From the human T2T-CHM13v2.0 reference genome, Homo sapiens, in the NCBI RefSeq assembly GCF_009914755.1, contig NC_060940.1: 64,000 nucleotides of DNA; one strand, 5' to 3'. Positions 31,676 to 44,190 of this stretch are shown here, piece after piece. How positions within the stretch are numbered: the first letter of the stretch is position 1; each line of letters begins with the position of its first letter. Both the position numbers and the translations under genes were made by a program. The notes below the pieces were generated by a model. That model was not told the origin of the DNA and did not search any database. It saw only the letters and a list, made by a program, of their open reading frames with translations.

Positions 31676-31744
31676 CACATTTCGGGGATTAGTTGCTGAC
31701 ACTTCATCATCAGGAGAGTTCAACTTTAAAAAATGGATTCCCAA

Positions 31745-31870
31745 AGCCAGAAGCGATTGCATCCACCTGTAGTCCCAACTACCTGGGAAGCTGAGGCAGG
31801 AGGATCACTTGAGCCCAGGAATTCAAGGCCAGCCTCGGCAACAAGCAAGACCCTGTCTCTTAATAAAAAC
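31745..31870 (+). mobile_element. Free Alu monomer (FLAM-like)
   Basis: CCTGTAGTCCCAACTAC...GAGCCCAGGAATTCAAGGCCAGCC...GACCCTGTCTC. Confidence 0.85.
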
Positions 31871-33704
31871 ATGTTTAAAAAGAGGTTCCCAGATTCTTCT
31901 TGGAAAATCAGAAGATCTGTCAAGGTGGGGCTCAATTCCATCAAGGTGATACCTGCTGACCCTGGGAAGGGCTGTGGCTGTCTCCTTGCAGTCTCCTCCA
32001 CTCAATGCCCTTGCAGAGTTTCCCCTCCTGGCCCCTGCGGGGATGTGTGTTCCAACCTCCTGTCCTAGACCACGAGCCCCTTGAGGAAGAGCAGGAGCCC
32101 GTCCAAGCTGCCTTTGCAGGAAGCCTGCTGCCTGGTCGGCTCCGTGTCTGTTGAACAATCTTGTGTGCGTTCCTGCCTCTGGCGCCTTGTGCAGGTGCCT
32201 CCCACACCTGGAATGCTGTCCCTCCTGTTCCCACTCCCTTTCAAATCCTACTCCTCTTGAAGGCCCACTTCACATTCCAGCTGCTCCAGGAAGCCCGTGC
32301 GGATTTCCTCAGACCTTGGGGACCCCTCCCCTTCTCAAACTCCTATAGTACTTGTCATCTGTGCTCCCATCTCCCCCGGTGGTATTCCCTCTTGCCATCT
32401 TCTGTTCTCTACTGAAAAGCTGTGTCCCCCAGTTGCTTTGTAAGCTGTCTGAAGTTACAGACAACTGCTTCAGGTCAAACCCGTATCCCTCCAGTTATTG
32501 TGTGAGCTCAGATCACTCAGTTCATCTCTTCCTGCCTCCATGCCTTGTTGGAAGGATTAACTATGCTAATCAGTACAAAGCCCTAGATCAGTGCCTGGCA
32601 CATAGTAGGTGCTCAGTAAAAAGGGTTGTTTTCTCTTTTGTTCCAGTGCTGAGTTGAGTGGAGGGTGAGCCTCACCACAGCCGTGTTTGCTGCCTTCTTT
32701 CCTTATACTCACAGTCCCGCTTCCGGGAGCCATCTCCACCCCAGGAGGGGCCTCTCAGCTTCTCTCTCCAGCAGAACCCTGGCCCCTCAGCTCCAGGAGG
32801 GACCAGGAGGTGGACAGGGGTCGAGACTGGGGCATGGCACAGCCCTCCCCTGCACCCCTCCAGCCCATCCCCTGGGGGCTTGAATGCAGATGTGGCCCAG
32901 CATGACCGGGTGCTGCCCCATAAGCCGTCCCTCGCAGCAGGAGCCTCTGGGGCTGGCTGGAGCTGCCGTCTGTGCTGCATCATGGACACAGTAGCCCCAA
33001 GCCTTCCTCTCTCTAGCATCACCCTGCAGCATTTCCTGAGATGACTCAGGGCAAGGCTGCAGGAGTAGCTCAGTCCCCAGGGTGGGAACCACCTTGGTAC
33101 AGGCCCCAGGGTACCTGCCGTCCTGATGGGCTTACCCTGGGCCCTGAGTGAGTGGATGAATGAATCAAGTGTGCTGGCCTGAGGTGCCGCCGCCTCCTGG
33201 CTCCAGCCTAAGCCGCCGGCATGCCTGTGGGATTTGTGGGGGCTGTGGTCTGGCCAGTGTCACCATATGGATCCCATAAATTAAAGCATTCCCGGAAACA
33301 AACGGTAAATTTATACGTCCCTTGCATGCAGAGCTGGTGGGGCCTGCGCTTGCCCGAGGAATTCTGAACCATCCATCTCACTTAGGCACTTGGGTTTTAT
33401 AGCACTAATCCCTAAAAGAAAAAAAAAACAAAAAACCGGATCAACAGAAAGTTGCTTTTCCACAACCCTGCTGTCCCTGGAGCTCATCATTGGGAAGTGG
33501 AGGGTCACCAACCCCCACGACAGGGACCTGGTAGCACAGTTCGTTGTTCAAGCTGGGGCTTAGCTCACAACCTCACCAGACGGCAGGCCCTTAGCCTCCC
33601 ACACCCAGGGCTCTGAAGCCTCTGGCCTGGGCTGACCTTGCCTGTGACCCTGGGCTCCTACCAACTCTTCCTGGAAAGGGGATGGGCCAACAACAGCAGC
33701 CCGT

Positions 33705-34605
<901 letters not shown>

Positions 34606-34839
34606 TCAGTGGCCAGTGTTGCCAGGTCCCAGGAGGGTCCCACCACTTCTGTGCTCCCTTTGACTCCCCTTGGTGCAGGGACCTAGAAGAAATATCTGTG
34701 TTAGTAAGCCACAGGTGAGACTCTGGCCAGCTTGTGGCGTAGAGCTGGTCACCACCAGGACGTGCACCAAACCAGGTGCCGCCCCACCTGTTCTCCTGCA
34801 ATAAATGAAGACATCACAATCACAGCCTTCCTGTGTCCA

Positions 34840-34984
34840 TTTTTTAAATTTGTTTATTTATTTTTGTAAAGATGGGGTCTCCCTATGTTGCCCAGGCTGG
34901 TCTGGAACTCTTAGGCTCAAGCCATCCTCCTGCCTCAGCCTCCCAAAGTGCTGGGATTACAGGCGGGAGCCACCGCGCCTGGCC
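34840..34984 (-). mobile_element. Alu left monomer (FLAM-C-like)
   Basis: Single monomer. TSD TGT(G/A)TCCATTTT. Confidence 0.88.
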
Positions 34985-35488
34985 TGTATCCATTTTGTCA
35001 TGTTGTAATCAAGGCACTCCAGTTGCTCAGAGAGGTGAGGGGCCTGCCTGCTGCTCCCCGGCTGGTAATAACAGCTCAGGATCGCACCAGGTGCCCGGCG
35101 GCCCAGTCTGGAAGAGAGCATCCCCCGGGGGTACTCAGATGAGGGCCTTTCCCTGATTTGCAGGGTGCGGCTGAGATGGTTTGCCCAGCTCTCTGAGCCA
35201 AGTGCCAGGCCCCAGGGGATCTCTGGGCAAGCACCACAGAATAAACCTTGTCCCCACCACCGCCAGGGGACAGGACAAGGCTGGACCTTTGGGCTTAGCC
35301 TCAGGCTCCCTCTTAGATGCTTCTGGGCTCCGTGCAGTGCTGGCCAGCTGCCGCGAGGGCTCCAGAAGCTCCAGTTTTGGATGGCCAAGAAGATGGGGCT
35401 GTGTGGGTGGGACCCCAGCAGCAGGGGTCCAGCCTGGTGTTCCCTAGGCTGGGCTTGCTGGGCAAGGAAGACACTGGCACTGGCCTTA

Positions 35489-35573
35489 CTGAGGACCTGC
35501 TCTGCTGTTGCCCTGAGCCAGCCAGTCTGAGTTCCTGATCACCAAGGCCAGGCCATCGTCGGGGAGGAATGGC
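35489..35573 (+). repeat. 85-bp dispersed direct repeat, copy 1
   Basis: 76/85 identical, without gaps, to 37012-37096. Confidence 0.95.
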
Positions 35574-37011
35574 ACCTATGGCCAGAGAGTCCATTCATGC
35601 ATCATCCCCTGCAGGCATGGCCCAGGCTCACTGTGTCCACCTCTTTTCCTTTCAGCCTGTTTGTGGATCTCTGGAAGCATCTGCAGCCAGCCACCCTCCC
35701 ACCCGGGAGTCCGAGACCCGGCCACGCGCCCCCACGGAGACCCTGCCCAGAGGCCCCAGGATGGCCCAGGAGCTGAGGCCAGCACAGTGTCTGCAGAGCA
35801 GCCGGGAGGAGGACGGACCAGACCTTACTGGTGCAGGTAGACGCCAGCTCTTTTTGTATCTCTGGGTACTGGGCTGGGATGCGGTTGTCCCAGCAGGGAT
35901 GGGGGCTCCCAGAGCCGAGTTCAGATACAGTTCCGCCTTGTGTCCTCGGCATCCTAGGGGAGAGACCGGGTGCTGGGTCTCCCTTACTGGAGTTTGGATT
36001 TTCTCTTCCATACTCCTTAGGGTTCCAAAACCGTAGTTTCATCAACATCCCTGGTTCTCGATACTCTCGCCTGCTGGGCTCCTGGGCTGCCTTTGTTTGT
36101 TTATTTACCTATACACTCTCTTGTCTTCATTCATTCATTAAAAAAAATGATGTTATGGATAGTCTTGAGCCCAGAGGGGGTCGTTTCTTGGTTTTCTCAG
36201 ATGTCAACACACTGTGTCCCAGGTGCACGTGTGCGCTTCTCTTGGGCTGGGCCACGGGGAACCAGGCTGCTCTGTGCGGGGAGATGGCGCTGCCGTCCTC
36301 CCCCTCCCACTCCCGCCAGCCACACGCGTGCTGTGGACCACACCCCCACTCCAAGGCATCCTCAGACACATCCTAAGGGCTTCTGCATGGTGCTTCCCTG
36401 AGGCCAGGCGAGGCTGTGCCCTCCTTGGTTAATCGCCGTGTGTGGACCCTTGAGGCTTTGGCTGCTGGGCCTTGGGGCCTGGGCCAGGTCAGATGCTTTG
36501 GCTGGGCTTGGACATGTGGTGACCCCCATGATGCGTTTTTATGGCCTCATCCTGAAGCCACCCCTTAGGCCATAGGTTCGTCAGCAAGACCCTCCAGAGG
36601 GCTGTGGTCAAGGCTCTGTCCTGCCCCCATCGCTGCCCCCACAGCACGGGAGACTTGAGACCCCCAGCCCAGCCCGCCCCTGGTGCCAACCACAGTGAGG
36701 GCAGTGGGTCCAAAGCACCCCATGTTATTGGGCTGAGCCGGGGAGGAGATGGACAGACAGGGGACTGCTGGGGGCCTGGGGACAGCTGGCCCATCCCCCA
36801 AGCCCTGGACTTTGATCTGGGACCTCCATCTGCAGGGCAACCCCAATACCGACCTCTTTCTCTTTGTGTGGTAGGCTCCGGGGAAGGGAAGGGGCTGGCC
36901 AGGGGCTTTAGGGACGCTGACCCCTCTGAAGGGCTTCCAGACACTGGCGGTTGAGGTCAGGGTGGTCAGGCCACAAAACAGGCCAGGCAGGGACTACTGT
37001 CCCCACCTTGT

Positions 37012-37096
37012 CTGAGGACCTGCTCTGCCGTTGCCTTGAGCCAGCTAATCAGAGCTCCTGATCACAAAAGCCAGGCCATTGTCGGGGAGGAATGGC
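37012..37096 (+). repeat. 85-bp dispersed direct repeat, copy 2
   Basis: 76/85 identical to 35489-35573. Confidence 0.95.
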
Positions 37097-37099
37097 TAA

Positions 37100-37215
37100 G
37101 AGCCTTGGACAAGTGAGTTTCCCTGCTCCGTGCCTCAGTTTCCTCATTTGGGAAATGGGAAGAAAGCTAATGGGAGTGCCTGGCTCACGGGGCAGATGTG
37201 GGGATTAACTCAGCC
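37100..37215 (+). mobile_element. MIR fragment
   Basis: CCTTGGACAAGT...GTGCCTCAGTTTCCTCATTTGGGAAATGGG. Confidence 0.8.
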
Positions 37216-37999
37216 AGGACCCGAGCGTGTTTGTGACAGGCCTTGGCACCCTCAGTGTTCAGGGTGCAGGCTGGGGCCAGGGAGTTATGATTTGTTTGCG
37301 ATTTCTCACGCTCAGCTCTGGGTGGCAGCTCAGGCTGGGTCCACACCCACCTGTCACTCAGGACATCCCCAGGGGAGGCTCAGGCAGAGGAGGACACCAG
37401 TGTTCCCCTGTGCCTAGGGCAGGCCGGGTGCCCCTGTTTGGCGATGCGTCCTCCTGGGCCTGGCGGCTCACGGGTCAGTGGAGGGCTCCGAGGAGGAGGC
37501 AGCTTGCCTGGTTCTCACCGTTTCTCTCCCACAGCTTTGGGCAGAGCCCTGCCCCAGGAAACCAGAGTCCTCCGGAGCAGAACAAGGCCCAGATGGACCC
37601 CTAGGCGGAGTTTGGCTGTGGTTTGGGGAGCAGGCCCACCCACTTCTTATCTGAGGGACCTTTGGCAAATGAATGAGTCATCCTGAGCCTCTGTCCTCAC
37701 ATCTGTAAGAGGGAGCCCTAATAGTAGGTGTTGGTAGAGGTTTCGTGGCAACCTCGTGAGCTGATGCTTGTAAGCTGCTTGAAGAGGGCTGGGCACCGAG
37801 GAAGAACCAAGTCTGCCTTTTTCCCACTCATGTTGGGACACATGTCCTCCTCCATCAGTGAAACAGTGTCCTGCAGGCCAGAGAGGCTGAGCAATCTGCC
37901 TCCACTCACACAGTAGTGAGCGAGGGGGATGGGGCACGAACCCCGACGTCTGGCTCCCGCGCCGAACTCACCCTCGGCACACCAGGCTGCTTCCCTGAG

Positions 38000-38233
38000 T
38001 GCTGGGAGGCCGAGGAGTTTGAGACCAGCCTGGGCAACCCCCAGGCGAAACTCTGTCTCTACAAAAAAATACAAAAATTAGCCGGGCATGGTGGCACGCA
38101 CCTGTGGTCCCAGCTACTCAGGTGGCTGAGGTGGGAGGATCACTTGATTCCAGGAGGTTGAGGCTGCAGTGAGCCGTGATTGTACCACCACAGCCCAGCC
38201 TAGGCGACTGAGCAAGACTCTGTCTCAAAAAAA
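38000..38233 (+). mobile_element. 5'-truncated, internally deleted AluJ
   Basis: TGGGAGGCCGAGG joined to AGTTTGAGACCAGCC. J-type right arm. Confidence 0.9.
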
Positions 38234-39270
38234 TTTTTTTTAATTAAAAAAATGTTTTAAAACAATCAATTCAGGGGTTTTCAGAGTGACATTTCCAAAA
38301 GGAGCCCTTTTTGGAGACCTTTGGGGATGGGGCTGGTCACTCCTGAGTCCCTGGTCCCGGTGGCCACCAGGTCCCTGGAAAGAACCTTGTCTCATCAGCA
38401 GGTCCTTGCTGCAACTCACTGCGTACTAGCGGGGTACGTTGGGGGCGGGGGCCTGAGAGTCTGGGGGTGCCAAGAAGGGTGCAGAGGTTGTGGGGGACCC
38501 CCGTGAGTGTCCCTGCAACAACGGCTGACCTGGCAAGCCAGGAGCCCCTGCCCTGCGGCCGGGTGGGGGCAGGTGGGGCAGGGCCGGGGCACGAACCTGC
38601 GTCTGCCAGCTGCTCCCTGTCAGGCTGCAGCCAAGTCCGGGCAGCTCCTCAGCCAGAGACCCACCAGGAGCATGTCCCGCAGTCAGGCCCCGCCTGGGCA
38701 GCCACTGCTGCTCAGAAACGTGACAGTGACTAATGGTTTATTACACACCTGCCACCTCTCATCCGGCAGGCGGGCGGGCGCTGTCTCCCGGGCCCAGCTG
38801 TGCACTGCCAGCTGGGCGGCGGGGCGGGTGCAGGGGGAGGGGGCACGTCCAGACATGCAGACGCACGAGACAGACACAGACACAGTACATACACGCAAAC
38901 ACACAGACGAAAGCAGGCACTCGGAGACACAGCTCACAGACATGGCATAGGCACGGGTGCACGCGTAAGTCAGACACACACACACATACGCAGACACATG
39001 GGCAGACCCAGCACACACACAGATACACACACAGAAACCCGTGACACACACACACACACCTGCATAGATTTTTCCCAAGCACACGATATGCACGTGGATA
39101 CACAGACTTACAAGCACAGGGCCACGTGCAGACAGACACAGACCCTGTCTGCACCACAAACATACCACACACAGCCACACACACAGAAGCCAAACATCCT
39201 CGCATAGGTGGATACAAGCACAGACTCACATACACATATGCGATACACATATGGATACATACACAGAGTA

Positions 39271-39608
39271 CCCCCACAAACACACAGACACACACGGGCA
39301 GAGACAGACAGAGACAGGCACAGACCCCCCCCACACAAACACACAGACACACACAGGGGCAGAGACACACATAGACAGGCACAGACCCCCCACACACAAA
39401 CACACAGACGCACACGGGGCAGAGACACACATAGACAGGCACAGACCCCCCACACACAAACATACAGACGCACACAAGGGCAGAGACACACAGAGACAGG
39501 CACAGACCCCCCCACACACAAACACACACACACACACACAGGGGCAGAGACACACAGAGACAGGCACAGACCCCCCCACACACAAACACACAGACACACA
39601 CACACAGG
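39271..39608. repeat. ~60-bp CA-rich minisatellite (~5.5 copies) within a CA-rich tract from ~38850
   Basis: Unit CCCCCCACACACAAACACACAGACRCACAC.GGGGCAGAGACACACAKAGACAGGCACAGA. Confidence 0.95.
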
Positions 39609-40817
39609 ACACACATTCCAAATGCCCATCCCCACCACAGCCCCGTCTCCCTCTTTCCAGGCCACGGCCTCAGGGGCACTGAGCCCTCTCAGCCCTCTCT
39701 GCCCTCTCTGTCTCTCTGGCCCCCTGCCATGGTGGCCCCACCCTGGCACTGGCTGGGGCAGGAGCCTTTACCAGCAGTGGGGGTGGCCAGGGCAGGTGGC
39801 GCGACTGTAACCGCCCAGGGCCGTCCGTTTCTGACCCCCACTTCCCTGGAAATGCCTCGTACGTGGGGACAGCAGCTTTTGCCAGGGAAAGGAAGCAGGT
39901 ACAGGAGGAGCCTGTGCCGACCTGGGCCCTGGGCAGAGTCCCCCAGGGAAACACGTGGCCGTCAGCTGCCTTGGTCTCCCCCAGAGGCGGGGGTTGTGTG
40001 TGTTGTGGAAGGCGGTGATGAGTTTGGTAACACTGGGTTCCCTGCCGTCCCAGACTCCCAGGGCAGCCCACAGAGCTTATCAGACTTGCGTCACTACGGT
40101 CGGATAGGGCCACTGCCGTGTCCAGAGTGGGGCCACTCCCGGGCAAAGGCTCCTGGTGGCTGGCCAGGCTCTCACCATGTGGGCAGCTTTGGTTCCCAGG
40201 TGTTGCATTTGAAGTGGCCGTCTGGGAGGTGGCCACTTGCTGGCTGCCGGGAGTACAGCTCCAGGGCTGGGGACTCTGCCCTCCTGTGAAGGCCATGAGG
40301 AACCCTGGGGCTGGGATTCCTCTGGCAGGCAAGGCCCAAACGGACTGACCAGGCATCTTCAGCTGCCGGGAGAAGGGTGCAACCGAAACCTTGTGATGGA
40401 TGTCCTTCCCTCGTGGGGCGGGTGAGCAGTTGAGCTCATCTCTTTCCAATACTCTTCGGCCTTTAGTCAAATGAAGACCCATTTCTCATGTGCCATCGCA
40501 TGCAGTATAAAATCTATTGAGAGGACACTCCTAATTTATCACCAGTGGATGGGAACAGGCTTCCCTAGAACAATTATCTTTGTGTTGTCTGCAGCCACCT
40601 TGGGAGAGAAGCAGCACTGGTTGGTGATAGGAGGGAGGGGCTTGGACTCAGGTCCAAGTTTCCAAGTCCTAGCATTACTACTTCCCGGCCATGGAGCCTT
40701 CTCAAGGTTCAGGACCTTCCCTGGGCTCAGCTGCTCTGACTACTGAATAGGCATGGTAAAAATAAAATCCTTCTGGTAGCGTGGTGTCAGTGACATTGGA
40801 TGAACATTGAGAAGGCA

Positions 40818-40953
40818 CTGAGGGCTGCCATGCAAGGCTGTGCAGGTTGCACACTGCACAACTCCCGGAGGCACCATTCTTATTGTGGTCTCTGTGAATG
40901 TGCTTTCTGCATGGCCATTGGGGCTGCCGTGTGGCACATCAGTGGTGGCCCTG
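40818..40953. mobile_element. MER91-like hAT DNA transposon relic
   Basis: AGGGCTGCCAT..GGCTGTGCAGGTTGCACACTGCACAA, ending GGTGGCCCTG. Confidence 0.65.
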
Positions 40954-41024
40954 GAGTAGTGCCACGTGGGCCCTGGGTATCCTTCCTGAGCTGTGAAACC
41001 GTTTCTGAAGTGGTTATTGATATC

Positions 41025-41326
<302 letters not shown>

Positions 41327-42148
41327 TGGATATCATTATTAATACAGATAGCAGATGCCACAGACCCTACCGCTGAGTTTGGGGTGGGGTTGCAGAAAAC
41401 CAGGCCAAGATTGACTCTCTGCTTATGGCCATGTTCCAGGGGCTCCTCCCTTTCTCACCTGCCATACTGGGGTGTTGCCTTGCTTGACAGGGGTGCTGGG
41501 GCTGATTGCCCCTTTGGGGCAGTCTATGGGTTCCTTCTGCCCCAGTAGCTGTCTGCTTTGCCTCCACCCAGAGATCCCTTGTTCTCAGCAGTGCTTGCTC
41601 CAGGCTTTGGGGAACCACTGGGCCAGGCCTTACCTCCAACCCTGGCCGACCAGGACTGGACTTGCGTTCCCTATACATGGGTGTCAGAGCCTGTGGTGTC
41701 TCCACCTCCTCCTGGCTCTTCCCATGGGGTTTCTCTCTCTGTTCCCAGGGCAGGGCTGATCCCAGCATCCACACACAGCAGAGGAAGGAGGGAGCGAGGG
41801 TAATCAAGAGAATGAAAGCACTGAGCTGTTTTCCCACCAGAGGGTGCAGTTGCAAAAGCCTGATTTTCCCATGCTGTGCCTCAGTTTACCCGTGGGTACT
41901 GTCACCACCAGTTGCCCTCTGTTGGCCACCTGAGGAAAGGAAAGCCAGCCTCTCCCTGTGGTCTGGGACAGTGGGTGGGGCGGGGGAGAAGAGGAGGGGG
42001 CTGGCAGGGTGGGTGGGAGCTGCTGCAGAAGACACAGCATGCCCTCCGTCTCTACTCTGGGCTGATCCAGAAGGTCCCTTCCCTCTGCCTGCTCTTGTGA
42101 CTTCTGCCTTGCCGATCACCATGGCAGGGGCTTACTTAAGAAGAGGTC

Positions 42149-42670
42149 TGTGTTTGTTTCCCATGGCTGCTGTGACAATACCACAAACTTCGTGGCTTAA
42201 AACAACACTCATTACTCTCACACGCACACATAGTTCTTACAGTGCTGGAGGTCAGAAGTCTGACGTTAGTCTCACTGTGCAAAAATCCCGATGTGGGCAG
42301 GGCCTGTTCCTTCTGGGGGCTCCAGGGGAGAATCTGTTTCTGTGCCTTCTGCAGCTTCCTTGGCTGGAGGCCGCCTGCATTCCTTGACTTGCGGCCCCTC
42401 CCTCCACCTTAAATCCAGCAACTCAGCGTCTCTCAGACCCTGCTTCCGGGTGGCATCTCCTTCTCTCTCCTCTTCTCCTGCCCCCCTCTCCTACTTAGAA
42501 GGCCCCTGTGACTGCACCAGGCCCACGTGGCTAATCCAGGCCCATCTCCCATCTCAAGGTCAGCTGGTTAGCAACCTTAATCCCCTTTTCCCAGGTAAGG
42601 TGGCACGTGCACAGGCTGCAGGGATTGGGATGTAGACATCTTTTGAGTCCGTGCTTAGCCTGCAGCCACA
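42149..42670 (-). mobile_element. MLT1D-like LTR, near full length
   Basis: GGCTGCTGTGACAATACCACAAACTTCGTGGCTTAAAACAAC, CTGGAGGTCAGAAGTC, TCTCAAGGTCAGCTGGTTAGCAACCTTAAT, GGGATTGGGATGTAGACATC. Confidence 0.9.
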
Positions 42671-42687
42671 GTATTTATAAAGTCAGC

Positions 42688-43000
42688 TGCATTAGTCAGG
42701 GCAGGCACCCCCGGTGCCGTAACAGACAGTCCCAGGGTTCATGGTGGGTCTTCCTGATTGAGTGACTCAGGATCCCGGATTCTCTTCAAGCTGTGGTCTC
42801 TGCTTCCTTGGGACTTCCAGAGTGCCCTGATGTCCCATCACCAGCGGGCACGGGCAACAGACACAGGAACACCCCTGGATACTCTCCCACTGTGGCCTTC
42901 CAGTGACCCATGCCGTTCCTGCCCACTTCCCGTTGGCCTGGACCAGCTCACACCCCACCCAGACGCACGGGGAGCAGGACAGCAGCCACTCCCCAGCAAC
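42688..43000 (-). mobile_element. Probable older MLT1 (J/K-like) LTR fragment
   Basis: TGCATTAGTCAGGG...GCCGTAACAGACAGTCCC, GCCCACTTCCCGTTGGCC. Highly diverged. Confidence 0.45.
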
Positions 43001-43827
43001 TCTGTCCCCGGCAGAAGGGGCCGAGCCCTGCCATTCTGCTGGGCGGTTCGTCCATGGTCCCACGGTCCCTGAGACGGCACGGGTCAGAGGCTGTCTGTGC
43101 GCTGCCCAGGCACTTCCCACTTCTACATGCTCTCCCTGGGTCCTGTGTACTGTGGTTCTGAGGCAGCCCCTGGCTGTCTTCGAGGCTGTCTTTGGAGGCC
43201 TGTCCTCAGGCCCCTGCAGCTGCTCTGTAGGAAGGGCTGGGAGCTCTCATCTTTGGGGCAGCCCTTTGCAGCCAGTGACTGGCAGCTGTGGGGTGGGAAG
43301 CCCCTTACTTCTGGAGAGAGGAGCCACCCACCCTCCAGAGCTCCTCTGGGACAGGGCTGGGGTCGGGGCTGTGTCTGAAGTCACGCTTGCATCCTCACAC
43401 CCGCCCCCAGTATCCCCGGGAGACCAGCCTTAGAGATCACGGCGTCCTGGTCTCCCTGTCTGCTTCTGAGAAACCTGCCTGAGACAGCACACGCCCAGGG
43501 CCATGGCCTCAGTCTGGTCTATGCAGACAGCACTTCAGACGCACCACTCCTTCACTCCTGCACTCCGCCTCCACCTTCACTCTTCTCTTTTCCCTGTGGA
43601 CAAAGGGGCAGCTGGTTCACCTGGCTCCTCCCAGGTCAAGCTGGGAACACGAAAGAAGGAAGCCAGCAGAGGGCAAGTACAGACAGGTTCATTGCAGAGC
43701 GTAGCCTTGGGGTTCAGCCCCTCAACCTGAGGCTGAGGATCTCTTGGAGCTTGGGGAGCGTCCTTGGGGACCACATTCAGTAGATGGAACCACAGGGCCG
43801 TAAGGGTGCGTCCATGTGCATTGCCTG

Positions 43828-43911
43828 GAAGGTGAAGCTTGTAGAAAGCAAAGGTTTGTAGAAGGCGAAGGTTTGTAGAAGGCGAAGGTTTATAGAAGGT
43901 GAAGGTTTATA
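43828..43911. repeat. 17-bp minisatellite x5
   Basis: Unit GAAGGYGAAGGTTTRTA. Confidence 0.97.
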
Positions 43912-44029
43912 GTAGCCTACAGCGACTTCATTTCCACTCTCTCTCTTCTAGCCATGTGTTGAAATCAGTTATTCGTTGGGAATGACTAGGCTGTGGATGG
44001 CTTTCAGTGTGCATACCTGGACTCCCTCT

Positions 44030-44190
44030 CCCTGAGTTCCAAACCTGGCTCTGCTCCTTTGGAGCTTCTGCTATGTGGCAGATCGCCTCCCTGTGCCTCA
44101 GTTTCCCCATGTGTCAAACGGGGATGACGGGGTTTCAAGAATCAGAGTCCACATCAGATGCTTGCCTGGCACACGGGAATGTGTGAGCTG
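44030..44190 (+). mobile_element. MIR fragment
   Basis: CCTGAGTTCCAAACCTGGCTCTGC...CTGTGCCTCAGTTTCCCCATGTGTCAAACGGGGATG. Confidence 0.8.

Noticed and set aside
38683-39810. Cys/Val- or His/Thr-rich ORFs up to 306 aa
   Set aside because: CA/TG minisatellite translations. The same applies to 52148-52747 and 60650-61753.
43828-43911. CRISPR-like array
   Set aside because: Units are contiguous with no unique spacers, there are no cas genes and the DNA is primate. The same holds for the 49-bp and 60-bp arrays.
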